The notes beneath the pieces were generated by a model. The model made no database searches and was not told where the DNA came from. It saw nothing but the letters and a program-made list of their open reading frames with translations. 64,000 bases of DNA from a bacterium. Lineage in GTDB: Bacteria; UBA8248. Position 1 is the first letter of the stretch; every line of letters begins with the position of its first letter. The stretch spans positions 203,802 through 267,801 of the forward strand of contig JAJDYR010000022.1 of NCBI GenBank assembly GCA_022825065.1, in the 5' to 3' direction. Below, in pieces: positions 19,410 through 29,035 of this stretch. The position numbers were made by a program, and so were the translations under genes.

Positions 19410-20816
19410 CTATACCGCAGAGGAAATGACGGGCCTTTCGATTCCCTTGAACGCAACCGCAATCTCATCAGCCGCCTTGGAGGCCGCATCGCTCGCTTCC
19501 TGCGCGAGCGACCTCGCTCTTTCAGCCGCCTGATGGGCGGATTCCGTCGCCCTGTCCTTCGCATCCGCCAGATACGCGCTCGCCTGTGCGGAGAACTCGC
19601 CGGCTTCCGCCGCGGCGTATTTGGCCTGTTCGACGGCCGCCATCGCCATGTCCTTGCCCTTCTCCAGCATCTGGCGAACGGCCTGATCGGCGTCGTCTTT
19701 CTTGTGTTTCAGCGCAACGGAGGCGTGCGAGAGCGCCGCGTCGACCGATTCCATGGCCTTCCGGGCCGATTCCACCGCGGCCTCGCTCGCTTCCGTCAAA
19801 GAGGGCATTTCAGGGACTTCGAGCGGCATCGTGGGGTCGGTCATCGTGTGGAGCACTTCGGCGCGGGCGTCCTCTGTATCCAACCTTCTCGCCTCGGAGG
19901 CGCGCAAGCCCTCCTCGTCCACCATGATGTCGAGTCTTTTCGCCACGACCCGCTGGCTCGGCTCCCTCACCCCCCAGACAAGACCGAAGAGTTCCATGAT
20001 CTTGATGAGCCGGTAGGTGATGTCCACCTCGAACCACCTCTGGCCGTGGGCGGCCGAGCGCTGGTCCGCATGGTGGTTGTTGTGCCAACCCTCGCCGAAG
20101 GAGAAGATCGCGACGAGCCAGTTGTTGGTGCTCTCCTCGTCCGTGTTGTAGTTGCGGTAGCCGAAGGTGTGCGTCACCGAATTCACCGCCCAGGTGCAGT
20201 GCCACAAAACGACCGTTCGCACGAACACGCCCCAGACGAGCCAGGACATGCCCAGACCGCCGTACACTTCCCCGGCGAAGTAAATGGCGACCGCCGTCAG
20301 GACATAGATGGGGAAAAAGAACATGTCGAAAAAGCGCTGCCACTTGTCGCGGTGCAAATCCTTGGCGAAGCGCGAATACTCCTGGTAGGTGTGCGCGTCC
20401 GGCAGGCTGACGAAAAGCCATCCGGCGTGCGCCCAAAGAAAATTCACGAGCGGGGAATGGGGGTCCGGCTCCTCGTCCGATTCCTTGTGGTGAATGCGGT
20501 GCATCGCCACCCATTCGATGGGCCCGCTCTGAAGCGCCTGGCAGGCGCAGAAAGTCAGGAAATACTCCACCGGCTTGTACGTCTGGAAACTCCTGTGCGT
20601 CAGGAGCCGGTGGTAGGCCATCGTCACGCCCACCATTCCGGCGACGAAATACATCACGATTCCCAACACGAGGCCGGAAACGCTGAAATAGCTCGAGTCG
20701 AAAGCCATCAGGGCGAGCAGATGGATCACCCCGATGATGAAAATCGTCTCCCACTGCAGCTTTCTTTCGGCTTTTCGGTGAATCGCGAGGCTGGGTTTCT
20801 GCGGCGCGGTAGACAA
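19410..20816 (-). CDS. Delta-9-type acyl-lipid/acyl-CoA desaturase with long Ala/Glu/Lys-rich C-terminal extension
   Basis: His boxes YHRLLTH, HRIHH and GEGWHNNHH, plus DPHSP and VNSVTH. Confidence 0.93.
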   Translation of the reverse strand: MSTAPQKPSLAIHRKAERKLQWETIFIIGVIHLLALMAFDSSYFSVSGLVLGIVMYFVAGMVGVTMAYHRLLTHRSFQTYKPVEYFLTFCACQALQSGPIEWVAMHRIHHKESDEEPDPHSPLVNFLWAHAGWLFVSLPDAHTYQEYSRFAKDLHRDKWQRFFDMFFFPIYVLTAVAIYFAGEVYGGLGMSWLVWGVFVRTVVLWHCTWAVNSVTHTFGYRNYNTDEESTNNWLVAIFSFGEGWHNNHHADQRSAAHGQRWFEVDITYRLIKIMELFGLVWGVREPSQRVVAKRLDIMVDEEGLRASEARRLDTEDARAEVLHTMTDPTMPLEVPEMPSLTEASEAAVESARKAMESVDAALSHASVALKHKKDDADQAVRQMLEKGKDMAMAAVEQAKYAAAEAGEFSAQASAYLADAKDRATESAHQAAERARSLAQEASDAASKAADEIAVAFKGIERPVISSAV

Positions 20817-21144
20817 ATTATTTCCCCCATTCTCAAATATCTGTCTGGGTATCGTGGAACTTCATTTTAGATATGATCGGGCGATGTGCCGAGACAACTG
20901 TTCATCGACCTCAGACACTGTGATGATTCGCGGTTATCATGGGCCAGAAGCAAGCAGAAATCAAGCCCCCCAGAAGAAACCACTCCCCCTGAAGCCGAAT
21001 CTTTCACTCGTTTTCACCAAAGCCGATCGTGTGGGTTCGACACATGGCAAGCAAGGAGAATTCGGTGATCCGCATTGTCATTTTGCCGATTCTCCCGTAA
21101 GAAACGAATTTCATAACCACACGTCATCCTGCGAGGAGAACACC

Positions 21145-22029
21145 ATGCCCGAAGTGAGAACAAACGGCGTCAGTCTGTATTACGAAGCCAGCGGCGAGGG
21201 CGCTCCCGTCGTCTTCGTTCATGAATTCGCAGGCGACTGCCGCAGCTGGGAGGACCAGGTTCGCTATTTCAACCGCAGGTACAGGGTCATCACCTACAAC
21301 GCGAGAGGATTCCCGCCCTCCGAAGTGCCTGAAGACCCATCGCAATACAGCCAGGACATCGCCGTGAACGACCTGGCCGGCCTCATCAGGGATCTGGGCC
21401 TCGCGCCCGCCCACGTCGTGGGGCTTTCGATGGGCGGCTATGCGACGCTCCATTTAGGCCTCCGGCACCCGGAACTCACCCGCTCCATCGTCGTGGCAGG
21501 CTGCGGCTACGGCTCCGAGATGGATCAGCGCGAACGATTCCAGAAAGACGCGAACGAAGTGGCCGACAGGTTCCTGAACGAGAGCATGGATACGTTCGGC
21601 CCCGTCTATACCGCCGGCCCCACGCGCATGCAACTGAAGAGAAAGGACATGACCGGCTATCAGAAATTCATCGACCATTTCATGAGCCATTCCCCCCTGG
21701 GCTGCGCCAACACGATGCGCGGGGTGCAAAGCGCGAGACCTTCGGTCTATGAACTCGAAGAACAGATGAAGAACTGCTCCGTCCCAACGCTCGTTCTCAC
21801 CGGAGACGAAGACTTTCCCTGTCTGGAACCCGGACTGTTCATGAAGCGCAACATCCAGACGGCCGCCCTCGTCACCTTCCCCAATTCCGGCCACCTCATC
21901 AACCTCGAAGAACCCGCCATGTTCAACCGGGTCGTTCTCGAGTTCATCACCGAGGTGGATGCCGGACGCTGGCCGACGCGCGACCCGCTTTCGATGGGAG
22001 AATCCGCGCTCCTGCCGGATGAGGAATAG
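21145..22029 (+). CDS. Alpha/beta hydrolase
   Basis: VHEFAG, GLSMGG nucleophile elbow, GDED, SGHLINLEEP; gaggag SD before the ATG at 21145. Confidence 0.93.
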   Translation: MPEVRTNGVSLYYEASGEGAPVVFVHEFAGDCRSWEDQVRYFNRRYRVITYNARGFPPSEVPEDPSQYSQDIAVNDLAGLIRDLGLAPAHVVGLSMGGYATLHLGLRHPELTRSIVVAGCGYGSEMDQRERFQKDANEVADRFLNESMDTFGPVYTAGPTRMQLKRKDMTGYQKFIDHFMSHSPLGCANTMRGVQSARPSVYELEEQMKNCSVPTLVLTGDEDFPCLEPGLFMKRNIQTAALVTFPNSGHLINLEEPAMFNRVVLEFITEVDAGRWPTRDPLSMGESALLPDEE

Positions 22030-22051
22030 CATTCAACATCAAGGAGAAGAC

Positions 22052-22813
22052 ATGCCGGGCAAGCTGGAGGGAAAAAGAACGATTATTACGGGCGCCTCAT
22101 CCGGTATCGGCGCGGCCATCGCGCGCAGATTCAGCGCGGAGGGCGCATCCATCTGGGCGGCGGGCGGCTTCAACCAGGAGCGCCTCGACGGAATCATCGC
22201 CGATTGCAGCGCGGGAGGCGGCAAAATCGACGGACGGTGCTACGACTTGAGAGACGCGAGAAAAGCAAACGACCTCATGAGCGATGGCGCGCAATTCCTG
22301 GGCGGTCTCGACATCATGGTGAACTGCGCCGCCATGCGGGGGCACAAGAGTTTTTTGGAGTTCACCGACGAGCAGATAGACGAGTTGTATGAGGTGAACG
22401 CGAAATCCGTGTTCATCGCCACGCGCGAGGCGGCCAGGCTCATGGCGCCCCGGGGCAAGGGAAAGATCCTGATGATAGGCTCCATCGACGGGGAGCGCGG
22501 GGTTCCCGGCAACGCGCTCTACTGCGCCACGAAGACCTCCATGCACAACCTGACGCGCGCCCTGGCCGTGGAACTCGGCCCTCTCGGGCTTCGCGTCAAC
22601 TGCCTCATGCCGGGAACCACCGAGAGCGAGCGCGTGAAGGAAATTCACATCAACGACCCCGAGCGCGCCAGGGCGAAACTGCCCCGGATACCGGTGAACC
22701 GCTTTGCGACTCCCGAGGAGATGGCCGAAGTCTCGCTCTTCATGGTTTCGGAGGCGAACGATTTCATGAACGGCGCCTTCATCTCATGCGACGGCGGCAC
22801 ACTGGCGATGTAG
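22052..22813 (+). CDS. Short-chain dehydrogenase/reductase
   Basis: TGASSGIG, YCATK; aaggag SD. Confidence 0.93.
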   Translation: MPGKLEGKRTIITGASSGIGAAIARRFSAEGASIWAAGGFNQERLDGIIADCSAGGGKIDGRCYDLRDARKANDLMSDGAQFLGGLDIMVNCAAMRGHKSFLEFTDEQIDELYEVNAKSVFIATREAARLMAPRGKGKILMIGSIDGERGVPGNALYCATKTSMHNLTRALAVELGPLGLRVNCLMPGTTESERVKEIHINDPERARAKLPRIPVNRFATPEEMAEVSLFMVSEANDFMNGAFISCDGGTLAM

Positions 22814-22896
22814 CCTCACTGCGACCCCCGGGAAAAGGAATACCCCACCCATACGAGAGCATCACGATTCGCCAACCCACGGAGGTTTGTCGAGCA

Positions 22897-24267
22897 ATGA
22901 AGAAAACCCCTGTCGTTTGTGAGGATGTCACGCCCGCTTTCCCGTCCTACCCGGTGGCGGTCAGGGCCGGTGAACTTCTGTTCGTCTCGGGTTTAAGGCC
23001 CGCCGGCCCGGCGGGTTTCGCGGACCTGCCCGAAGCGGGCCGCGAGCAGATGCAGGGCTACCCGCTCGCCGACCTCACCGAAGGCCGCGTAGTCGCCGAT
23101 TCCTGGGCGGTGCACGACAGCCTCGAGAAAATTCTCGTCGCGGCGGGCACGCACCGCGACCAGGTGCTGCGCCAGCACATCTGGCAGCGCGACAAGCGCT
23201 ATTTCCCCAGCTACGAACACGTCCGGGTGCATTGGCAGCCGACGCCCGCGCCCAGCAGCGGACTGGGCGTGACGGACGTCATCGGACGCGGCAGGCACTG
23301 GATCGGGGTCGACGCCATCGCCGCCTGCACGCAAGAAGGCGGCGTGTTCGGCGAACGCCAGGTGCTGACCGACGTCTACAATCCGGACCTGCCCGCGGCC
23401 TCGCACTACTGCCAGGCGATACGCTCTGGCCCCTTCGCCTTCTTCGCGGGCCACATCCCCATCAAGACCGCAGAGCCCGGAAAACCGCTGGTCAACTCTT
23501 ATGACGACGTGCCGGAGGAGGGTCGTTTCCTCTCGACGGGGCGCAGCCACCCGGACAGCCGCCACGGCCCCATCGCGTCGCAGACCTGGTACGTCTACAA
23601 CGAACTGAGTCGAACGCTCGCGGGCCACGGCATGGATATGGAAGACGTCGTGAACGTGTCGATTTTCCTGGGCGACCTGCGCGATTTTTCCACGTTCCAC
23701 CGGGTGCACAACCATTTCTTCCCCGAAGTCCAGCCGTCGCTTTGCGTCGTGGGATTCGACGAGGTGGGCCACCGCGGCACGCGCATCGAGATCGAAATCA
23801 CCGCCATGGACCGGCGCAGCGGTCTTGCCCGTCAATCATTCCCCTGGCAAGGAGCGGCGCCCTTCGCGGCTCCCGCCGTCACGCAGGCGGGGCCGGTTTG
23901 TTACCTCTCGGGCATGGTGGGCGTCGATGAGGCGGGAGCGGTCGTCCGGAGCGCGGACGCCCTTCCCGAAGCGGGGCGGCGCGCCGTGTCGCCGATGGAA
24001 GATATAGAGCGGCGGCCGGGTCTCGCCGCGCAATGCTGGATGGCGTGGGAGCAGCTGCGCGCAAGCGCTTCAGGTGCGGGGATGGAACTGGCGGACATCG
24101 CCATGACAAGGGTGTATCTCTCCGACCCGGCGGATCTTGTGGTCTACGAGGCGGTTCGCGAGACCTTCATCGACGAGGACCTGCCCGCGTTCGAGTGCGT
24201 GATCGTGCATGGCCCCGGCCCTGTCGCGGAAGCGCTGGTCCAGATCGATGCCATTGGTGTGAAATAA
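22897..24267 (+). CDS. Rid (YjgF/YER057c/UK114) family protein with three tandem domains
   Basis: Three repeats that begin YPVAVRAGELLFVSG / YCQAIRSGPFAFFAG / APAVTQAGPVCYLSG and end VDAIA / IEITA / IDAIG. Confidence 0.85.
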   Translation: MKKTPVVCEDVTPAFPSYPVAVRAGELLFVSGLRPAGPAGFADLPEAGREQMQGYPLADLTEGRVVADSWAVHDSLEKILVAAGTHRDQVLRQHIWQRDKRYFPSYEHVRVHWQPTPAPSSGLGVTDVIGRGRHWIGVDAIAACTQEGGVFGERQVLTDVYNPDLPAASHYCQAIRSGPFAFFAGHIPIKTAEPGKPLVNSYDDVPEEGRFLSTGRSHPDSRHGPIASQTWYVYNELSRTLAGHGMDMEDVVNVSIFLGDLRDFSTFHRVHNHFFPEVQPSLCVVGFDEVGHRGTRIEIEITAMDRRSGLARQSFPWQGAAPFAAPAVTQAGPVCYLSGMVGVDEAGAVVRSADALPEAGRRAVSPMEDIERRPGLAAQCWMAWEQLRASASGAGMELADIAMTRVYLSDPADLVVYEAVRETFIDEDLPAFECVIVHGPGPVAEALVQIDAIGVK

Positions 24268-24296
24268 AAAGACAGTCGCGACGACGTTTCGCGGGG

Positions 24297-24980
24297 TCAG
24301 AACCAGGCCCACAAATCTTCTTTTGCGCGCAGCTCCTCGCTCGCGCCGTCGAACACCACGCGCCCGCCCTTGAGCACGATGGCCCGCTCGACGACGTCCA
24401 GGGCGGCGAGCACGTTCTGCTCGACGAGGATCAGCCCGGTGCCGAGCTCCGAGTTGATGCGCGAGAGCGAGCCCAGCACGTTTTTCACGATTGCAGGCGC
24501 GAGACCGGCGGTCGGCTCGTCGAGCAGGAGGATTTGCGGCCGCGTCATCAAGGCCAGCGCGACCGCGAGCATCTGCTGCTCTCCACCGCTCATGTCGCCT
24601 GCGAACTGGTCCTGGCGTTCCCGCAGCAACGGAAAAAGGGCATAGGCCTCCTCGAGAAACGAGGAGTCTGACTTCGAACCCGCAATGTGGAGATTCTGCT
24701 CGACCGTGAGGTTCGGAAAAACGTTCTGGACCTGCGGCACGAAGCCGATTCCCAGCATGACGTTGCGGTGAACCTGATCGGCGACTATCGGCGAACCATC
24801 AAAAGCCACGGCGCCCGAGATATCCCTGACGCCGCCGACCAGGCATTTGAGAAGCGTCGACTTGCCCGAACCGTTATGGCCGAAAATCCCCATCCGCACG
24901 CCGGTATCGAAAGACAGCGACACGTCGTTCACGGCGACAAGCGGCCCGTAGCGGGCCGTGAGGTTTTGGATTTCGAACAT
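24297..24980 (-). CDS. Branched-chain amino acid-type ABC ATPase (LivF-like)
   Basis: GHNGSGKS, MSGGEQQM, LLDEPTAGL. Confidence 0.93.
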   Translation of the reverse strand: MFEIQNLTARYGPLVAVNDVSLSFDTGVRMGIFGHNGSGKSTLLKCLVGGVRDISGAVAFDGSPIVADQVHRNVMLGIGFVPQVQNVFPNLTVEQNLHIAGSKSDSSFLEEAYALFPLLRERQDQFAGDMSGGEQQMLAVALALMTRPQILLLDEPTAGLAPAIVKNVLGSLSRINSELGTGLILVEQNVLAALDVVERAIVLKGGRVVFDGASEELRAKEDLWAWF

Positions 24981-24996
24981 TGCGCTCTCTCGATTC

Positions 24997-25764
24997 CTAC
25001 GGGTGTTCGCCGCCGAAATACAGGTCCGTCAGCTGCGAATCGCGCGTGAGTTCGTCGACGGAGCCGCTGGCGAGAACACATCCGTTGAACATGAATACCG
25101 TGCGATCGCTGATGTCGCGTATGAACGAGATGTTGTGCTCCACCACGCAGACCGCACGCCCGGCCTGGGCTTCTTCGCGGATGACGCGGATGATCGTCTC
25201 ATACGCCTGCCCTTCGACGCCCGCCATGGGTTCATCCAGCAACAGGCACGCCGCGTCGCTCATCAGCGCCCGGGCGAGGCCGATCCGCTTCTGCTGGCCG
25301 TAGGAGAGTTCGATCGCCATCTCGTGCATCTTGTCAGCGAGACCCACCCGCTCGAGAAGCACCATGGCCTTCTCCGTAGCTTGCTGGCGGAAGGCGTCGA
25401 CCGAGCGGCGGCGGAACAGAATGCGCGCCAGCGATTCTCCGGGGTAGCGCCGCGTCGCTATCAGCAGGTTGTCGATCACCGACATCGAGTGAAACATGCG
25501 GGTGTTCTGCCAGGTTCGGGCCAGCCCGATCCGCGCACGGTGGTGCATGGGCAGTTGATCCACGCGATGGCCTTCCAGGGTGATTGAACCCGCATCGGGG
25601 GGGATCACGCCCGAGATCAGGTTGAACAAAGACGTCTTGCCCGCCCCGTTGGGACCGATGAGGCCGACGATCTCGCCCGCCTCGAAGCTCAGGTTGACGT
25701 CGTCCGCCACCACGATTCCGCCAAAGCTCTTGTGCAGATCCTCGATCCGGACGATTGCGCTCAT
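24997..25764 (-). CDS. Branched-chain amino acid-type ABC ATPase (LivG-like)
   Basis: True start MSAIVRIEDL at 25764; GPNGAGKT, LSYGQQKR, LLDEP. Confidence 0.93.
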   Translation of the reverse strand: MSAIVRIEDLHKSFGGIVVADDVNLSFEAGEIVGLIGPNGAGKTSLFNLISGVIPPDAGSITLEGHRVDQLPMHHRARIGLARTWQNTRMFHSMSVIDNLLIATRRYPGESLARILFRRRSVDAFRQQATEKAMVLLERVGLADKMHEMAIELSYGQQKRIGLARALMSDAACLLLDEPMAGVEGQAYETIIRVIREEAQAGRAVCVVEHNISFIRDISDRTVFMFNGCVLASGSVDELTRDSQLTDLYFGGEHP

Positions 25765-26675
25765 TCCGCATCCCTCCTCGCCCTGAAGGCCGCGCTCGCG
25801 CTCCAGGCCTCGAGCCCTCCGCCGCCCCTGGTGCCTCCCGTCAGGCCCTGGGGCCGGGCGAAGAGGAAGAATATGACGAGCGTCGTATAGATGACGCCCT
25901 GTAGCGGCGCCATGATGGAGACGGGCAGACCGAGAAACGTGATGGCCTGCGGAAGGGTCGTCAGGAGCACCGCGCCCACCAGGGGGCCCCAGGTCGTGGC
26001 GGCGCCGCCCACGACCACCATCGTCAGCAGGGCCGCTGAGGTGAATATCCCGAACTGCTCGGGCGTGACGTAGGCGAAGTAATGCGCATACAGCGCGCCC
26101 GCGAGGCCGGCCATGCCCGAGCCGATGGCGAACAGGACGATCTTGATGTTCATCGCGTTGCGGCCCAGGGCGCTGAAGGCTTCCTCGTCGTTGCGCATGG
26201 CGGTGATGGCCCGCCCGTAATCCCCCTCGACGATCCAGCCCACCAGCATAACCGCGCAGGCGGCGACGACCGCGATGAGCAAGACGAAGACGAGGCTTCT
26301 CGACGGGCCTTCGTTCAGCACCGGAATGTTGGTCAGCCCGCCGGCCGCGCCTGTGAATTCGAGGTTGTTGATGACGTGCAGGATACCCAACTGGAACCCG
26401 ATGCTGGCGATGACGAGGTAATCGCCCGACACGCGAAGCGAGGGCAGCGAAACGCCGAACGATAACACCATCGCGATTCCTGCCCCCATCAGGATAGAGA
26501 GCGGAACCGGAATTTGTAAGTGAATCGCCAGAAGCCCCGAGCAATAGGCTCCGATGGCGTAGAAGATGGGATGGGCGACGCTCATCAGCCCGCCGTATCC
26601 CAGAATGAGGTTGAAGCTCGTAGCGAGGATCACGTTGATCCCGATGAGCACCATGACGGTGAGGATGTATTCCAT
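25761..26675 (-). CDS. LivM-like ABC permease
   Basis: GYGGLMS, GDYLVIASIGF, YGRAITAMRNDE, VVVGG. Confidence 0.93.
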   Translation of the reverse strand: MEYILTVMVLIGINVILATSFNLILGYGGLMSVAHPIFYAIGAYCSGLLAIHLQIPVPLSILMGAGIAMVLSFGVSLPSLRVSGDYLVIASIGFQLGILHVINNLEFTGAAGGLTNIPVLNEGPSRSLVFVLLIAVVAACAVMLVGWIVEGDYGRAITAMRNDEEAFSALGRNAMNIKIVLFAIGSGMAGLAGALYAHYFAYVTPEQFGIFTSAALLTMVVVGGAATTWGPLVGAVLLTTLPQAITFLGLPVSIMAPLQGVIYTTLVIFFLFARPQGLTGGTRGGGGLEAWSASAAFRARRDAE

Positions 26676-26682
26676 TTCCGGC

Positions 26683-27630
26683 TCAGTCTCCCGCAGGGTC
26701 AGCCACCGCCACGGCGGCGGAGCGTCCCGATGGTCTCACCAGCCCGCTCAGCTTGCGCGGCAAGGCGAATCCGCGCGGGAAGAAGATGATGACGACGAAG
26801 ATCAGGATATAGGCGAGCAGCGCCTGCCATTTGGAGGCGATGACGAGGATGCTGAAAGCCTGTATGAGGCTCAGCGCGACCGCCGCGATCCCGGCGAGAA
26901 AGATGTTGCCGATGCCGGCCAGAATCGTCGCGATGACGGCGAAGATCAACAGATGCTGGAGCGGCGTGGAGGGAAACAGCGCCGCCTTGGTCCCGAAAAG
27001 ATACATGCCGGCGGTGATGAGCACCGCGGCGATGGAGATCGAAACGCCGTAGGCGCGCTTTCGGCTGATGCCGTATATTTCGGCCAGATTCTCGTTATCG
27101 GCGACGGCGATCAGATACCGGCCGTAGCGCGTGCGGTGGATGAACAGGTAGAGGAGCAGCATCAGTACCGCCGTCACCGCGATCGCCATCAGGTCCCAGT
27201 GGCTGATCGCAATGCCGGAGTATAGGTCGACGGGCCACAACAGGCTCGGGTAAAGCGTCTGCGGTTCGGTTCCGAAGACCAGTTCCATGAGATAGACCGA
27301 GAACTCCGAAAACACGATCGTGAAGATGAACAGTGTCAGGATCGAGGAGTTGCGGTCGCGGAACACCATGAAGGCATAGCGCTCGAGGGCGAGCGATACG
27401 GCGAGCGTTATCAGGAGTCCGAAAACCAGGGCGGGAACCAGCGGCAGACCCCAGTGCCGGAACGCCACGAGCAGGGAGTAATAGGCGAACACCATCACCC
27501 CGGCCTGGGCGAAGTTCCATATCTTGTTGACCTTGAGAACGAGCGAGAAGGCGACCGCGAACAGGCAGTAATAGGTCGCGGCGGCGAAACCCGTCCACAG
27601 GAGCTGACCCAAAATCCCCCAGGTCAGCAT
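26683..27630 (-). CDS. LivH-like ABC permease
   Basis: NFAQ, TRYGRYLIAVADN, multiple TM helices. Confidence 0.92.
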   Translation of the reverse strand: MLTWGILGQLLWTGFAAATYYCLFAVAFSLVLKVNKIWNFAQAGVMVFAYYSLLVAFRHWGLPLVPALVFGLLITLAVSLALERYAFMVFRDRNSSILTLFIFTIVFSEFSVYLMELVFGTEPQTLYPSLLWPVDLYSGIAISHWDLMAIAVTAVLMLLLYLFIHRTRYGRYLIAVADNENLAEIYGISRKRAYGVSISIAAVLITAGMYLFGTKAALFPSTPLQHLLIFAVIATILAGIGNIFLAGIAAVALSLIQAFSILVIASKWQALLAYILIFVVIIFFPRGFALPRKLSGLVRPSGRSAAVAVADPAGD

Positions 27631-27704
27631 GGCTTGACTTCACGCACGATAAAATCCCGGTGGGCGCGCCCGGCGGCTCGCCCACGCAGAGGAAGCATAC
27701 GGGA

Positions 27705-28889
27705 TCAGTCCTTCTGGGAGCCGATAAGCGTGAATTTGCCGCCCTTGACCTGCCAGAAATAGACCGGTTTCTTGACGGTGTGATCGTCGTTGATGGTCAC
27801 CGTATTGGTCAATGGCTGCTCGAACGTCTTTATCGCCACCAGCGCCTTGCGCATGTTCTCGCCGGTGATCGGCAGCTTCTTGTCCAGCACCCATTTGTAG
27901 AGCGCCGCCACGATGTAGGGCGCATCGTAGAAATACTGCGTATAGGGCAGCCCGATGGGCATGCGCTTGTACGCCTTTTTCCAGCGCTCGATATAGGCGG
28001 GCAGGTTCTTGTTGTCCTCCACGCTGGGGGCCAGCGCGGTCACGATGATGCCCTCCGCGCCCTTGCCCAACTGCTGGATCATCTTGGGGTTGAAGGCCGT
28101 CTGGTAGCTGGTGATCTGGGTCTTCACGCCGAGTTGGCGCATCTGCGCGACGACGGCCGTGAAATCGCGGATCACGCTGTGGATGTGGATGATGTCGGGA
28201 TTCGCCGCTTTCACCTTGAGCACCAGCCCGGTGAAATCCGAACGCTCCTGCTCGTAGGACTCATACACGACGATTTTGCCGCCGGCCTTCTTGAAGCTGT
28301 TGCTGAAGACCTTGGCGCCGTCGCGGCCCGTCTCGTGGTTGACGTGGAGAACGGCGGCGCGGCGTTTGCCCATCTTCTGATAGGCGTATTTGCCCAAGGC
28401 GTTCATATCCACGTCGGCCAGCGGGAAAGTCGTGTAGACGTAATCGCCCAGCCGCGCGATGGCCGGCGCGTTCGCGCCCACGCTCAGCATCAGCACCTTC
28501 TCGCGGTTGGCGATGGGCGCGACCGCCTTGACCACGTTGCTGAACGCGGTGATGTACACGGGGACTTTCTCTACATGGACGAAGCGGTTCACCACCGCGA
28601 TCCCGACCTCGGGCTTCGCCTGGTGATCCAGGATGATGGCTTCGAGCGGATGGCCGTTGACGCCGCCCTTGGCGTTGATGTCCTCGACCGCCCAGCGGAC
28701 CGCCTGCATCTGGTCCTTGCCGAAAATCGCGGCAGGCCCCGTCAGGGGATCCGCAACCCCGAAACGAAGCGGTTTCTTCTTGGCCGCAGGCGCGTCACCA
28801 ACGAGCGGGCCGCCCAACAAACCAATCGCTACGACAAGCGCAACCCAGAAGGAGGCGCGTTTCAGAAGACGCGAAAAGATGTGGCTCAT
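27705..28889 (-). CDS. LivK-like periplasmic substrate-binding protein
   Basis: Signal peptide, PLTGPAA, INAKGGVNG, YDA. Confidence 0.93.
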   Translation of the reverse strand: MSHIFSRLLKRASFWVALVVAIGLLGGPLVGDAPAAKKKPLRFGVADPLTGPAAIFGKDQMQAVRWAVEDINAKGGVNGHPLEAIILDHQAKPEVGIAVVNRFVHVEKVPVYITAFSNVVKAVAPIANREKVLMLSVGANAPAIARLGDYVYTTFPLADVDMNALGKYAYQKMGKRRAAVLHVNHETGRDGAKVFSNSFKKAGGKIVVYESYEQERSDFTGLVLKVKAANPDIIHIHSVIRDFTAVVAQMRQLGVKTQITSYQTAFNPKMIQQLGKGAEGIIVTALAPSVEDNKNLPAYIERWKKAYKRMPIGLPYTQYFYDAPYIVAALYKWVLDKKLPITGENMRKALVAIKTFEQPLTNTVTINDDHTVKKPVYFWQVKGGKFTLIGSQKD

Positions 28890-28946
28890 CGACTATTCTC
28901 CCGTGTGGATGTGAACCCGGATATTCGGTTGTATGGCAGTCCAAAA

Positions 28947-28976
28947 ATTACAACACGGCCCATTCTTCCGTGTCAA
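28947..28976 (-). promoter_or_regulatory. Putative sigma70 promoter of the LIV-type operon
   Basis: TTGACA-18 bp-TGTAAT on the minus strand. Confidence 0.5.
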
Positions 28977-29035
28977 CGTTTGCACGGGGCAATCAACAGG
29001 CGCGGCAGAAATCCCGATGAGCGGCGATTCGAGCG

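Noticed and set aside
24997-26544. 515-aa ORF suggesting an extended LivG
   Set aside because: The upstream part is an off-frame reading of livM; the ATPase begins at 25764.
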